A DNA stretch of 64,000 bases from Octopus sinensis (Eukaryota), in contig NC_043017.1 in the NCBI RefSeq assembly GCF_006345805.1, forward strand, positions 27,032,001-27,096,000, read 5' to 3'. Shown here piece after piece: positions 38,712 to 52,647 of this stretch (position 1 is the stretch's first letter; each line of letters starts with the position of its first letter). The translations under genes and the position numbers were made by a program. The notes under the pieces were generated by a model, which searched no databases, was not told where the DNA came from, and saw only the letters and a program-made list of their open reading frames with translations.

Positions 38712-39110
38712 CTCTTTTATTCTTTTACTTGTTTCAGTTATTTGATTGTGACCATGCTGGAGCACCGCCTTTAGTCGAGCAGATCGACCCCAGGACGTAT
38801 TCTTTGTAAGCCTAGTACTAATGCTATCAGTTTCTTTTACTGAACCGCTAAGTTACGGGGACTTAAACACACCAGCATCGGTTGTCAAGCGACGTTGAGG
38901 GGACAAACACAGATACTCAAACACATACACACACATAATATATACATACATATATACGACGAGCTTCTTTCTGTTTCTATCTACCAAATCCACTCACAAG
39001 GCTTTGGTAGGCCCGAGGCTATATTAGAAGTCACTTGTCCAAGGTGCCACACAGTGGAACTGAACCCAGAACCAAGTGGCTGGTAAGCAAACTACTTACC
39101 ACACAGTCAC
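38712..39110 (-). mobile_element. SINE family B, near full length
   Basis: Reverse-complement match to family B. Confidence 0.9.
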
Positions 39111-39765
39111 TAAGTTTATACATAAAAGTCACTGAAAAACACATCTAAACGCCCTAACTTTTAGGTCTGGTTGGCGTACGCTACATCATCTGACACAACA
39201 GGCGAAGTGAAAGAATTTTAATATCGATAAAATAATTTAGGCAATATAGCCTTAGTCATCAAATTCCCCGTTAGGAGTTTCAGAAATTCATGCAATTAAA
39301 TTTTGTAAGATAACATTATCTACCACAATATCATAGCTCATACGCAAGATATACTCTAAATTTGTTGACTTTGTGAATAGTCATTCTTTTCATAGTTAAC
39401 CAAGTATAATATTTTATGAGGTTTCAAAATTTCATATCATATTTTAATACAGTTTCTCACGTGAATATTTTAATTTGATTCTCATCATTTACATACCGTA
39501 TCGTTGAAACCTAAATTTCATGTTAATGGCTTTGTCCCTTATATTTATTCTTCTTCCCTAATAATTTAAACTTTGTATACATACATATTATTAAATTGAG
39601 GCAAACTTGTTATTGCTAACGCTATTTTAAGAGGGAAATTAAATTAGATCCAGTACTTTATACTCACACTACATTTTATTACTTCTTCGCACGAAATGCA
39701 ACACTTGCATTTATTTGCATTCAAGGGTGTTTATATTCAATGCGTGTGATGACAACGTATTATAT

Positions 39766-39859
<94 letters not shown>

Positions 39860-40247
39860 ATATATAATATATATATATATAAATATATATTTGTGTGTGT
39901 GTGTGTGTATGTATACATTCTTAAGTGCGTGATTAAAAGCAATTATATAAAGTTAAACACACAGATATGTATATACGTACATATTTAGTTGTGCGATTAA
40001 ATGTAAACGTATATACATCTCCATACACACTCATATATATATATATATATAAACACAAGCACACATACGTGTCTGTGTATATATGTATATATATATATAT
40101 TCCTTGGCCGACTATTTTCTGAATGTATACGTTTATGGGTATTTCATATGTAGGACACAAAAAGGATTTTATGCAAGAAATTTTGACCAGATCGATAATT
40201 AATTTTTAATGCAATTATATTTGGTAATGTACAATTTAAATCATACT

Positions 40248-40700
40248 TGACTCTTTGAAATATTAAGTTTCACTTCTATAAATATTTAATTCCATATGGG
40301 AAGAATATTGTGCAATTCTACGAATCTTATATAGTAATTACTTTTCCGTAAATACTGAACTCTCCATTAAAATTTTACTTAACCACAATATTCCATTAAC
40401 ATCTGCATGTTAAAACCACATTTAAATATCATTATAAACCATTCGCTTAGATGGGTTCAAACGCACATATACGTCACCTAAGTATTGTTTCTAATGCAAG
40501 TATATTTAGTAATGTATATTTTATATCGTATTTGACTCTTTCGAATATTAAGCTTCACCTATATAAATATTCTATACCACATGGAAATAATATTTTGCAG
40601 TCCTTCGAAACCTATGTAGTGATTACCTTTCCGTCATAACTGCACGACATCATTAAGATTTCACTTAACCACAACATTCCACGAACATTTCCTCGTTAAA
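40248..40700. repeat. Old tandem duplication (~165-bp units at 40248 and 40532)
   Basis: Shared TTGACTCTTT..AATATTAAG.TTCAC..TATAAATATT..TTAACCACAA.ATTCCA; about 70% identity by eye. Confidence 0.85.
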
Positions 40701-40770
40701 TATTTATTGGAATATCATTATGACATCACCTATATGTCAGTTACAATTGCGTTCAGATGCGAATATTTTG

Positions 40771-41175
40771 TTTCTTTATTGCCCACAAGGGGCTAAACAT
40801 AGAGAGGACAAACAAGGACAGACAAAGGGATTAAGTCGATTACATCGACGCCAGTGCGTAACTGGTACTTAATTTATCGACACCGAAAGGATGAAAGATA
40901 AAGTCTACCTCGGCGGAATTTGACCTCAGAACGTAACGGCAGATAAAATACATATTTCTTTACTACCCAGAAGGGACTAATCAGAGAGAGGACAAACAAG
41001 GACAGAAAAGGGGATTAAGTCGATTACATCGACGCCAGTGCGCAACTGGTACTTAATTTATCGACATCGAAAGGATGAAAGACAAAGCCTACCTCGGCGG
41101 AATTTCACGACAGAACGTAACGGCAGACAAAATTCATTTCACCCGGCGTGCTAAGGTTTCTGCCAGCTCGCCACC
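40771..41175 (-). mobile_element. SINE family A dimer
   Basis: Full plus head-less monomer with the junction at ~40950. Confidence 0.9.
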
Positions 41176-42636
41176 TTATTCAAATGCAGTATTGTCGCAA
41201 ACGACTCGGCTAAATTCACTAACGATGCTGCTTTAAATATCGAATATACTCTGCGGATTTTAGAAAACAGAAATCTTTGTAACTATAACATAATTTTATC
41301 TCGTTATTTATTGATTGTCTACGTAAGAGTTTCTTTTTCCATTTCAGTAATTCAGTATTAAAATGTTGCACTAGAATACCGCTTGTTGTATTATACTCAA
41401 ATTCCCCAAAATATGCAATAATCGTCCTACAGAAAACTGAAACAGATGAGATGCATTAACAACTTCAAAAATTGTATTATTATCTTATTTCACAAATACT
41501 ATGAACAGCTGAGCACGCTTTGGGACCACCGATTTCTTTTTCTTTTTATTCTTAATTTGATAGAAGCGGGCGACGAATAGGATTTTTGCATAGCATAGTA
41601 AACAACTTCTCTTGTAATCGACAAGATGTACAGGCATAAAATGTGCTATGTTCTGCTAAATCTACACTCGATGTTCGATTTCAGAGGGCTAATATTTGTT
41701 CTCAATTCCATTTCATTTATGTTACCTAAGCAACCGCGTATTGAAGTTGTTTTCGAAGAGATATTCTGTATGGTAATATATTCTTTCCAATGTAAAAATT
41801 GTTTTCCTCATAACTAATTATCTTTCAATTTCCACAATAAACTAGATCCTTCCAAATCAAAGATAACATGAAATTATAAATCAAAATATAACCTTTTACG
41901 TAAGGCTAATACATAAGGATGATCCTAACCTCATTAACCGAGCAAAAATTGGAATTAAAACTTTCTTTTCAGTAAATATTTAAACCACTTTTAGCTAATC
42001 ATGTTTCATTATATATTTTTAGTTCATATTTTCATAAAATATAAATTCTTTAATCATTTATTAGACATTACAGAGAGAACATTTTCGATTAAAAGGACAT
42101 TTTCCAAAAACTTTTCAGCAGTAGGGTATAATATATATTTACATGGTTTAAAACCTTGTAAGATTTAGCGTTATTTTTAGATCCTAAATTTATTTATATC
42201 TCTATCTAGGCATTTAGCTTCATTGCTTCATTGCTCATAATTGTATCCAAGTAACTCCATTTGAATTATATATGTGTGTGTTTGTGAGTTTCTGAGTATT
42301 TGTGTGTGTATGTATTTGTATATGTGTTTGTGTGTGTGTGTGTGTGATTGAGTGAGTGTGTTTGAGTGTATGCGTGTAAGTATGTGCAATTCTATGTATG
42401 TGTGTACTCATGTACTTTATTGTCGAAATACCTTTATGACAAATTGAACTTCATCTTCAATTTTTCGCGCAATGAAATGGAGTGAGCGGTTGAAGGAGGC
42501 GAAAAATATGAAAATAAAACTTAGATGTTTTAAAATATGTTGATATCTTTGTATCAAATCGATAGGGATTGCCTCTGATGTTATATGCATAAATATATAC
42601 ATATTCATATACATACCTACGTATATTATTTGCGAA

Positions 42637-42998
42637 GGCGTAGGAGTGGCTGTGTGGTAAATAGCTTGCTTACGAACCACATGGTTCCGGGTTCAGACCC
42701 ACTAAGTGGCACCTGGGGCAAGTGTCTTGTACTATAGCCTCGGGCCGACCAAAGCCTTGTGAGTGGATTTGGTAGACGGAAACTGAAAGAAGCCCGTCGT
42801 ATATATGTATATATGTGTGTGTGTCTGTTTGTGTGTGTGTGCGTGTGTGTGTGTGTGTTGTGCATGTATGTCTGTTTTCCTGTGTGCTTCACAACCGATG
42901 CTGGTGTGTTTACGTCCACATAACTATAGGCACAATGCCTGCAATAGCGACCGATAGTATCAACATGGCCACAGTCAAATGACTGAAACAAAAGAATA
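42637..42998 (+). mobile_element. SINE family B with deletion in tail
   Basis: Head and microsatellite intact; the tail lacks the central ~70 nt. Confidence 0.9.
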
Positions 42999-43181
42999 GA
43001 AGACTATATATATGAAATATATATACACACACGTGTATATAATGAAGAATTAAGTGATAAAAGTTACCACTTTATACAGCTCAACCGAGTGGCGTTCTGA
43101 TAGAGCTTCAGGAATATAAAATTAAAGAGAGGAGAGAACAAATTCAAAGGCCGATGTATACATTCATTCAATCTATATATA

Positions 43182-43390
43182 CGAGGGGTGCGGAAATGTC
43201 CTAGCTTTCTATAAATGAAAATGCAGTAGGATCATTTAAGTATGATTTCATTCAACAAATTCCCCTCTCAGGGTCATACATTTGATGCAGAGAGCTTTTA
43301 GATTTTTTAAAATCTTGTACAAGCACATGGAATGTTGGACCTCAAAGCTGACCTTCCGTGATATTTTTCCTAAAGCCAGAAAATGTTTAG
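43182..43390 (-). mobile_element. Mariner remnant (right end plus transposase C-terminus)
   Basis: TA|CGAGGGGTGCGGAAA mariner-like terminus. Minus strand KILKNLKALCIKCMTLRGEFVE* resembles the mariner C-terminus GIxKLxxRWxKCxxxxGxYxE. Confidence 0.7.
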
Positions 43391-44129
43391 CACTCGATCG
43401 TGTGTCAGTCAGCACAATAGAAATAAGAAATCGGCTAGCACAATAAAAATAACAAGTCAGCACCGTGTAGCCATATAAAAAATCGATAGTAATCTTTGAA
43501 ATTTGGAACATATTGTAATACTATTGAAGTGTTAAACCGGAAACATTCATTATGCTCTCCATTGTGAATTTGAATGGTTAGGAATGAACTGGACAGACAA
43601 CAATAGTTTCAGGAAACAAAGGAAATAGAGAGAAAACGAAAACAGCTAAACACTGTGAAGAACGATTACACGGATAAGCAACTGAACACTCTGTAGCAAA
43701 CAAATTAATTCACACACAGGCTGACTGCCACATATGGCAACCCACAGAAAATTACGTCCACGTACAAAAGCTCCTAGACATAGATTTCTGCATATACAAA
43801 AAGAGACTCTCTTCATAATACCTAAATACACACATATGTTCATATATACACAGATACATAGATACATACATATATGTGTGTATGTGTATACACACATATG
43901 TATATATTTTCATGAATATATCTGTGTCTATATAAAATTTATATAATGAGGGTGATAAATTGAATATAATTGAATTAATTCGGTATTTTTTATATTTTCA
44001 TCTAACTTACCCGCTTATGTCCTGGTGTTTGCTGAATTTCTCTAGAGAACATTCTTTTCTTTGTAGTTAGATAGTAGGTGATCTTCTTCTAGCATATCGG
44101 ATGTCCACTCGGTGGTCATCCCTATTATT

Positions 44130-44179
44130 AGTATATCTATATATATGCATATATACATATACATATATAATACACACAC

Positions 44180-44220
<41 letters not shown>

Positions 44221-44602
44221 TATTTATATGTATACATCTATATATTTATATATATACAAACATATATATATATATATTTATATACATTTATATATATATA
44301 CATATATACATATAGAGATATATCATTTGTATGTATATATGCAGGTATATATATATATTATATATATATATATTATATATATATATTATATATATATATA
44401 TATAATATTATATATATATACACACACACAACATATATAATAGAATATATATATATATATATATATATATAATGTATATGTATACATCTATATTTATTTA
44501 TATATATACAAACATATATATATATATATTTATATACATTTATATATTATATACAATATACATATATAGATATATCATTTGTATGTATATATGCAGGTAT
44601 AT

Positions 44603-44643
<41 letters not shown>

Positions 44644-44695
44644 TATATATATATATATATATATATTATTATATATATACACACACATATATATT
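44130..44695. repeat. TA-rich low-complexity tract with near-identical ~220-bp duplication
   Basis: 44222-44438 and 44473-44690 share the unique anchor GATATATCATTTGTATGTATATATGCAGGTAT. Confidence 0.85.
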
Positions 44696-45028
44696 CCGCC
44701 AACAACTAATCATTAAGTGAAGGTCATTCGCATATACCAATTTATTCTTTGTAAGGAGCCTTCTTCGTGTTTTTCCACGTTTTTACTTCTCTTGCTGTCC
44801 AGCGTTCGTGTATTTTAAAACATATATAAAGCAGAGATAGAACTGGACAGATTATTTTAAGGTACATGGCGTATTTTATAAGTGTTTTATGAGTATATAC
44901 ATACTCACACAAAGACTAAGCTCTAGGTGACGTTCACTTGCATATACACAATAACACAAATATCAACACACACACACACATATATATACACATATATACA
45001 GACATACTTATGTACGTACGTGTAGGAG

Positions 45029-45062
<34 letters not shown>

Positions 45063-45118
45063 ATTATATATATGTTTAAGTATGTCTGTATATATGTGTG
45101 TCTGTATATATGTGTATA

Positions 45119-45175
<57 letters not shown>

Positions 45176-45737
45176 GCATACTACAGGCATACACATGTAT
45201 GGGTGCCTGGGCGTGGTGTGTGTGTGTAAGTCTATATGTAGTTATGTAGCGGTTTTTGTATGCATGAATATGGAATGTGAGAATTACTTCGTTGAGTCAT
45301 TTCGATAAAGAAAAAAAAAAGCGTTTTACTTATAATATTAGCAATTCTAATTTTAGTAATATTATGTCGATACACGATGCTATTCGTATGATCGAAGCGA
45401 TCTACGTGATCTATATACTGCTTGTAAAACATACATTTGTTGCTTTATCATAGTCCTCCTTACCATCAATCTACTTGTTACAGATCTGAAATTCGTAGCC
45501 TTGTGGATCAATCAATAATGTCAAAATCCAACTTTCTTTGGTTTCGAAGCGCTTCACTTGATTGAGTGGCAGCACTACGTGTCAAAGCATAAATCAAACG
45601 ATTGAATATATATGAAATGAGAATATATGCTTTTGCACCCTGCACAGAAATAATTTCGACGTTGCAACATTTTGGAGAGAAGTTACCGACGTATTTGCAT
45701 ACATCCTTTGTAGATAACTTCCAGCGTAATCTTTTTT

Positions 45738-46158
45738 ATCTTCTTCTCACTGGCGAATTAATTGAAGGTTTTGATTAAGTTTATTCTCATAAACGCTTAT
45801 TCTGCAAATTCGTAAACATCGCTTGCATCTATAAGGCATCTGGATTGTTCTTATTTCCTGAATCTTTAAAATATTGAAGTCAAATTTGACCTTGGTGGAA
45901 TAGCAAATGTTTTTAAAGATACAAAAAAGAGTAGTTAGCGATATATTTGCATATTCCATTCTTAATGAATCAGACCCATGTTCTTATCGTCTTTTCAGTG
46001 GCAAATTAATTCAAGGTGCTGATTAAGTTTATTCTGGCAAATTGTCGTTCTGCACATCGGTAAATATCGCTTGCGTCTATATAGCATCTCAATTGATCTT
46101 ATATTCTGAACCTTTAAAATATCGAAGTTAAAACTGGCCTTGGTGGAATACCAAATAA
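45738..46158. repeat. Old tandem duplication (~172-bp units at 45738 and 45986)
   Basis: Colinear without indels over most of the unit; about 72% identity by eye. Confidence 0.85.
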
Positions 46159-46749
46159 TTCAGAAAGACAAAGAAAATACATACACTTAATAATATATGC
46201 TACAGAATATCTCTTCACAAAGTTGGATATTGTACAGTTGACATGGTAAACGGTAGATCTGAATATCCACGAATTGCCGCGTAAAGTTTCGAAGAAATTT
46301 CAAGTGCTGTTTATTGAAATCCTGATAATCGGAGTCGAATGTATAGATCTTGCAAGGCAGAAGGCGTAGTGGATTAAATCTAAATTTATATTCGCATATA
46401 ATGGTAAAAGTTTATCAAGCGCAAAATCATGTTAATTGATCTCAAACAATTTGAGCGTGTGACGGATTACATACGTAGAAACATACACACACACGCACAC
46501 ACATACACACAGATACACAGAAATTCAAAGACACATACACATGAACACACGCACATACACACAGTTAAACTAATATATTTGTTAAAACTAGTCAGGTGCG
46601 TATGACATACTGAATGGCATTTCTTAATATATACGTAATACATAGCTATACATACATGCACACATATACATGCGTACATACAAATATCCAGGTAGGTATG
46701 CATATATACATGTATGCATACATTCATACATACATGCATACTTTATTTA

Positions 46750-47126
46750 CCGATGAGACCTGATGCTGTAGCTAAGACACACTATACTGACATCCATCGG
46801 AATGATAACCCCGAGGACAAAGAAGTAAGAACCCACTATAGAGTAGAACCCATAACCACTCTTAATAAAAAGGAGTACTAGTGGACTATACCTCAATAAA
46901 ATATAAGCAAAACTGACCTGATATAATGATTTGGGATAGAGAAGAGAATCTGAGGGAATTATGAAAGGTAGCTGCTCAGCTGATGTTAATTTAAAGCTGA
47001 AAATCAGTGGAAAAGGGAACACCTACGCTGCACTATTGAGAAATTTGCAGTCATTCTAGCCAGATTACAAGTTCAGGTTTATACCTGTAATTACTAGTGC
47101 CCTGGGATATGCAACACTCTGCCTAA
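46750..47126 (+). mobile_element. Restriction-like-endonuclease non-LTR retrotransposon fragment (R4/NeSL-type)
   Basis: Broken frames read MRPDAVAK..KEY*W..N*PDIMIWDREE..KGSCSADVNLKLKIS.K.NTYAALLRNLQSF*PDYKFRFIPVITSALGY: the RHD..PD-x-D..EVSCP..K..KY..IP.VIGALG signature. Confidence 0.85.
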
Positions 47127-47131
47127 TACTA

Positions 47132-47163
<32 letters not shown>

Positions 47164-47175
47164 TATATATATATC

Positions 47176-47212
<37 letters not shown>

Positions 47213-47490
47213 GCATTATATGTTTGATTATGTTTCTTTGATTGTCTGTGCGTGCGCAAGAGTGTGTGTCCGTGTGCCGTAAGGGTAAGAATGTGTAATT
47301 AGTTTTCTATACGCTGTCCCGCAAATACGCATCCAGACACACACATATGTATCCATGTATGCAGGTGTGTAACTGGATGTCACAACCTTCAATATCTATG
47401 AAGTAGAAATATGTTTTCAGATAAAGATTTAAAATGAATATATTCCATTACTACCGTAATAGACAAGATTTTATAACGCATATACATATA

Positions 47491-47528
<38 letters not shown>

Positions 47529-47534
<6 letters not shown>

Positions 47535-48061
47535 TTTACGTTTTGAGCCTACGCTGGCTATCCGCATGGTTCTTAGTCTCAAGCATTTGTCTTATGAAGA
47601 AAGACTGAAGACGCCTTGGTGATCTCATTCTTGCTCACAACATCATAAGCGGAAAGTGTAACCTCTCGAAAGAGCTGTTCTTAACTCCTGCTCCAGAGCG
47701 TCGGCTGCGGGCTCACTCCGAAAAGCTCTATCTGCGACGATTTCATCTCAATCGAAGGAGAGGGGCTTTCTCCGTCCGCGTTGCGGATCCGTGGAATAAG
47801 CTGCCGGACGAGATAGTGAAGATGCCGACGACCGCTCGGTTCAAAGTCTCCCTAGACCACAAATGGCCTGAACTCTTTGCACGAACACAACCCTGTACAT
47901 AACTCCATGTCCCTCTACATGGCCTTGCTTTTTGCCTTTTGAGCCAAAAAATTAACTTAACTTAACTTAACTCTTCAAATAGAAGGATACACAGAAAAAA
48001 AACAAGGTGAGAAACAAGGAGAGAAAAGAATGTGTGTAGTAGCTTACGATTTATCATGGCG
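47529..48061 (-). mobile_element. Short PLE-type repeat (10385 family) split by a CR1 insertion
   Basis: 47529-47555 (..TTTTACGTTTTGAGCCTACGCT) resumes at 47973 (CTTCAAATAGAAGG..AACAAGGAGAGAAAA..CATGGCG). Confidence 0.8.
47556..47972 (+). mobile_element. CR1-type LINE 3' end, 5'-truncated
   Basis: AIRMVLSLKHLSYEERLK / GDLILAHNIISG..RLRAHSEKL..RRGAFSVRVADPWNKLPDEIVKMPTTARFKVSLDHKW (stop 47900-47902), 3' UTR and (TAACT)n tail. Confidence 0.92.
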
Positions 48062-49310
48062 TATACACATATATACATACATACATACTTAGTCGCAGCC
48101 TATATCTGTGTCGCATAACCAGCCCATCTAAAATGTACCTTTGAATCTGGCAAACCATATAGAAACTCACATACACACTTATGCATATGAATATATAGAA
48201 TTATTGAATTATTTCTGCTACATACTTCTGTTACCTATAAATTAACGATGTAATCTGTGAGAATTCCAACTGACCGCTTCTTGAACAAACCACATTTCAA
48301 AATATTTTGTAGCTGCGAATATCTTGTTGTACAGTGAAGTCGCCTTTGTTTATGAGTTTTTCTTGATTTTACATTCACTGGCCTTTGATATGTGATGTAA
48401 TTGCTATTTCTAGAATCTACTCACTACCTAGATATTATTTTTGTTGTTTGGTTTGGTGACAATATCACTCATCTTATTGGATTGTATTGTTTTTTTCTTA
48501 CTTCAAATTTTTAATTATTCACATTTAATTTGTTTCTCAGTGATTACCATTGCTTTCCAATTATCTCTTCATTAATTTGTCTGATCCTGACAATGTTAAA
48601 GGTGAAACTGAGTAGAATTTTATTGTATTTGTTCTTATGTACGTTCAAACGTGTATTGAATTTTTTTTCCTCTACTATGCGCTCCACTTCAAAGAAGATA
48701 ATCGATACCATTACTAAAGAAAGAAACAAACATTGAAACGTAGAAATACATAAAGAAAGTGAAAGAAACTTGGAAGGACTTAGCAGACAAAAACTTTATA
48801 TTGAAAGGTCAATATAGCTTCGTTAGCAATACAATGAACTCAAGGTTTTGTTGGTATTTGTACAAGATCAACTTCTCAGTTTTCCAACAAAGACAAAATT
48901 CTCTCTGATAAAACAACAAAAATTAATCGGTTTTGACATTGGCTCAAAGTTCTACATTTGGCGGAGACTTGCATAATCGATTAGACCAACGCAACTATAT
49001 GAATAAATTTTAACCCGCTGGGATTTATGCTGAAAAGAAAAATGGATGTGACTATATATTCCAAAGCATTCAGTCTCCTTTCTTCCATTGCATCGGCCCG
49101 TTACATCAATAAAACACAAATAAGAAACTGAATCTAAAAGATTTATACGCTGTTAATAATGTAGATGCATTCACATCAAAGCAAAAATCAAGGAAATATA
49201 CGCATAAACAGAGAAAGTGGTGAAAGAGGCTTTGATACATAATATGCCTGGTTATGAATTTATAAAAGAAAAATCATAATAATGAACTATATTGAAACTA
49301 TCCAAACACA

Positions 49311-49365
<55 letters not shown>

Positions 49366-49556
49366 TGCACACGCGCACACATGCATACTTGTATATAAAT
49401 ATACACCCATATATATATATATATATATATACAAATATTTGTATATATGCGTGCATATATAACATATATATGTGTATATGTGTCTTTGTGTCTTTGTGTG
49501 TGTATATATATACAGATACATAAATAAATCCATATATATGCATGTATATGTACATA

Positions 49557-49805
49557 GGTGGAAGCGTGTGGCTTAGTGGTTAGAGTGTCAGCATCATGAT
49601 CGTAAGATTGTGGTTTCGATTCCAGAACCGGGTGATGCGTTGTGTTCTTGAGCAAAACACTTCATTTCACGTTGCTCCAGTCCACTCAACTGCCAAAAAT
49701 GAGTAACGCTGCGATGGACTGCGTCCCATCCAGGTGGGGAACACATACGCCATTGAAACTGGGAAACCAGGCCCATGAGCCTGGTTAGGTTTTAATAGAG
49801 CGCAT
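49557..49805 (+). mobile_element. tRNA-derived SINE family C
   Basis: A-box GTGGCTTAGTGGTTAG, B-box GGTTTCGATTCC, CORE/V-like TTGTGTTCTTGAGCAAAACACTT..GCTCCAGTCCACTCA. Confidence 0.85.
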
Positions 49806-50333
49806 TTTTATTAATTATATAGACATGTGTATATATGTTTGCCTGTATGTATGTTGGTGCGCATCTATTAATATTTTGGCTTTATCCTCTTGTTCATTAC
49901 CATCATGATCATCATCTCAACAGTTGTAAAACCTACATCTTAGCAATAAGTAGAAATGATAATTGTGCATTTTGTCGTCCGCCTTTAAGTTTAGAGTTCA
50001 AATTTTGTCGAGGACGACTATTCCTTTGCTCCTTTCGGGGTCTAAAATGAGTACCAGCTGAGTGGTGGGGACTTTGTAATTGATTTTAACCACCTCTATG
50101 GAACTGTGTGCCTTGCGCCACAATTTGAAAACATTGTTATTATTTTTATGGCAAATTTATGTATATATATATGTGTGTGTGTGTGTGTGTTTCCCGTGTT
50201 TACAAGTTACACAGAAAAAATAAATAAACAGTTACAATGTAGCATAAATTATACGAGTAACAAGGATGTAACAACCTATTTATATAGGTAGAAATATGGG
50301 TTAAGGTGAAATGCTTTGTATAATATATATAAG

Positions 50334-51419
50334 TAAATGAATCAAGTTAAACACAGGTGTTAGTCAAATTGTTTTACTTCCGACATATGCTTCGAAGACA
50401 ACATTGGTATTATACCAGAAGGAATAAAATGGTCTAAAACAATGCAATCTTCTAATCAGGGAAAGAAAGAAACCAAACACATTAATAAGACATTTTAACA
50501 GAATGTGATGCCTGCGTATAATGATGAACAGAATACTATTATTTTTTCTTTAATTTTAAACCGTTAGTAGATATAAAAGTTAAGGGTAGCATACAGAAAG
50601 AGAAAAATGCGAAGGAAAGAATTAGTAGAAAACTAATAGTGAAGAAATATAGAGCGATGAGTGAATTAAAATAAAGCTTAAATAAAAACAAAGCGAAAAT
50701 TGCATTCCAAATCAAATTGTTTCTTATGATCTTTTAGATAACAGATACATTTACTAAGCCCTGAATTGTTACGTTTATTGATATGCCTAAATGTAGAGTA
50801 CCGATTAAGTATTATTTTGGACAACTGATATGAAGAATCACCTATATGTATAACAGACGTTTCTCTGTTTATTTACTGTATAATAAAGGTAAACATTTCT
50901 GCTCGCTTTGTAATAGCGAGTTGTCTTATATTCTATTCTCAAAGTATCCCCATTTAAACACGTTTATAGAACACGTTTATCGTTCTAAACATTGGCAGAA
51001 ACATACCTTTTCTTCCTATAAGTGATTTCAAGCATTCTATATAATTTGATCTTTTATTGTCTTCTTACATTTCACTTCCACTAGATATATCTAATTCCAC
51101 GCTTTTAAGCTTTTAAGCTTTATTTTAATTCAATCATCGCTCTATATCTCTACATTATTAGCTTTCTTTCTTTCCCTTTCTGTATAATACTTTTAACGTA
51201 AATCTACTAAAGGTTTAAAAAAAAAGCAACTTATTAGCGTTCCGTTCATCATTATACGCAGTCATCACATTCTCTTAAAATGTCTTATTGATGAGTATAT
51301 ATTCTTTATTTCCCTAGAGAGACGATTGCATTGTTTTAGACTATTTTATTCCTTCTGGAATAATACCAACGTTGTCTTCGAATCGTATGTCGGAAGACAC
51401 CTGCGTTTAACTCCATTTA
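50334..51419. repeat. Long inverted repeat: arms ~50334-50695 and ~51100-51419
   Basis: For example CTTCCGACATATGCTTCGAAGACAACATTGGTATTATACCAGAAGGAATAAAATGGTCTAAAACAATGCAATC versus its reverse complement at 51324-51396; about 75-80% identity by eye. Confidence 0.9.
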
Positions 51420-51495
51420 TTTATTTATATATATTATATATGTGTGTGTGTATATATGTATGTATATGCGTATAATCATATATATATATGTTTAT

Positions 51496-51569
<74 letters not shown>

Positions 51570-51667
51570 ACACACACCTATATATATATATACTCATGTG
51601 TTTCCATGTACGAGTGTATGTACATGTTGGTGTGTGTGGGTATGTAACGTGGCTGCTATTTTGAGGT

Positions 51668-51718
<51 letters not shown>

Positions 51719-52647
51719 AAGTGTCACACATCGCTCATTACGAGATTTATGGTTGAAAAGCTGGTTATAATTTTATAACTCATACATTTATTAGACACCT
51801 TTTCATGTACTCTGAGCCATGTAAAATTAGATTAAAATGTAGAATTTAAGCGTTCTGTGGGTGTAGCGTCAACGTCCGTTTTAACCATCTTCAAATGCAG
51901 AATCTATATAAGGAATGATATGCAAATCATAGTTACTTTGGACGTTTATGCTGACACAGTGAATGAAAAGGCTAGATGTAAGTTATTGCATGATTTCCAT
52001 TGGCATGCTGCAGGTCAGCAGCTAATGTAAGTCAAATGAAATACCTATTAAACCACTATGGAAACGAGTTGTTATGGTAGTGGACCGATATTTTATGATT
52101 TAAGCCACAAAATAAACGTAAAATTAATAGAGATACAGACATTATGGCTCTTTGTTGATACAATTTACTGTTATGGATTTTAGCGGCAATTTTATAGTCG
52201 TTTTCTTTTTATCGCTTCATTTTAATAGCTTGGCCTTTCAAATTATTTCACGTGTAAACTGAAATTCCCATATTGTATATACTCGTCGACGACGGAGAAT
52301 GTATCTCGTGCGTCGACCTATAAAAAGTAGCAAATAAATAAATCTAATCTAAACAATACATTAACGTATTCTCATGAGAAAAAAACAACATATTCGATGA
52401 TTTAGTTTAAAATAGCTAAAGAAGACGGTTTTCATTGATGGTCCAATTTTGAAGATTTGTCTGGGTATGTAGGTTGGCCTTCGATTTTATAATAACAGAG
52501 ACACTATCAGCAACAAGCATAATATGAGGCGTAAATAAGAAACCAGCAACCACGTGGACGTCAATGAAGTTCAATGATACAACAAAGCACTCTGGAAAAT
52601 ATCTTGACCAGCTTAGAAACAACCGAATCTTCTCGCATCACATATCT

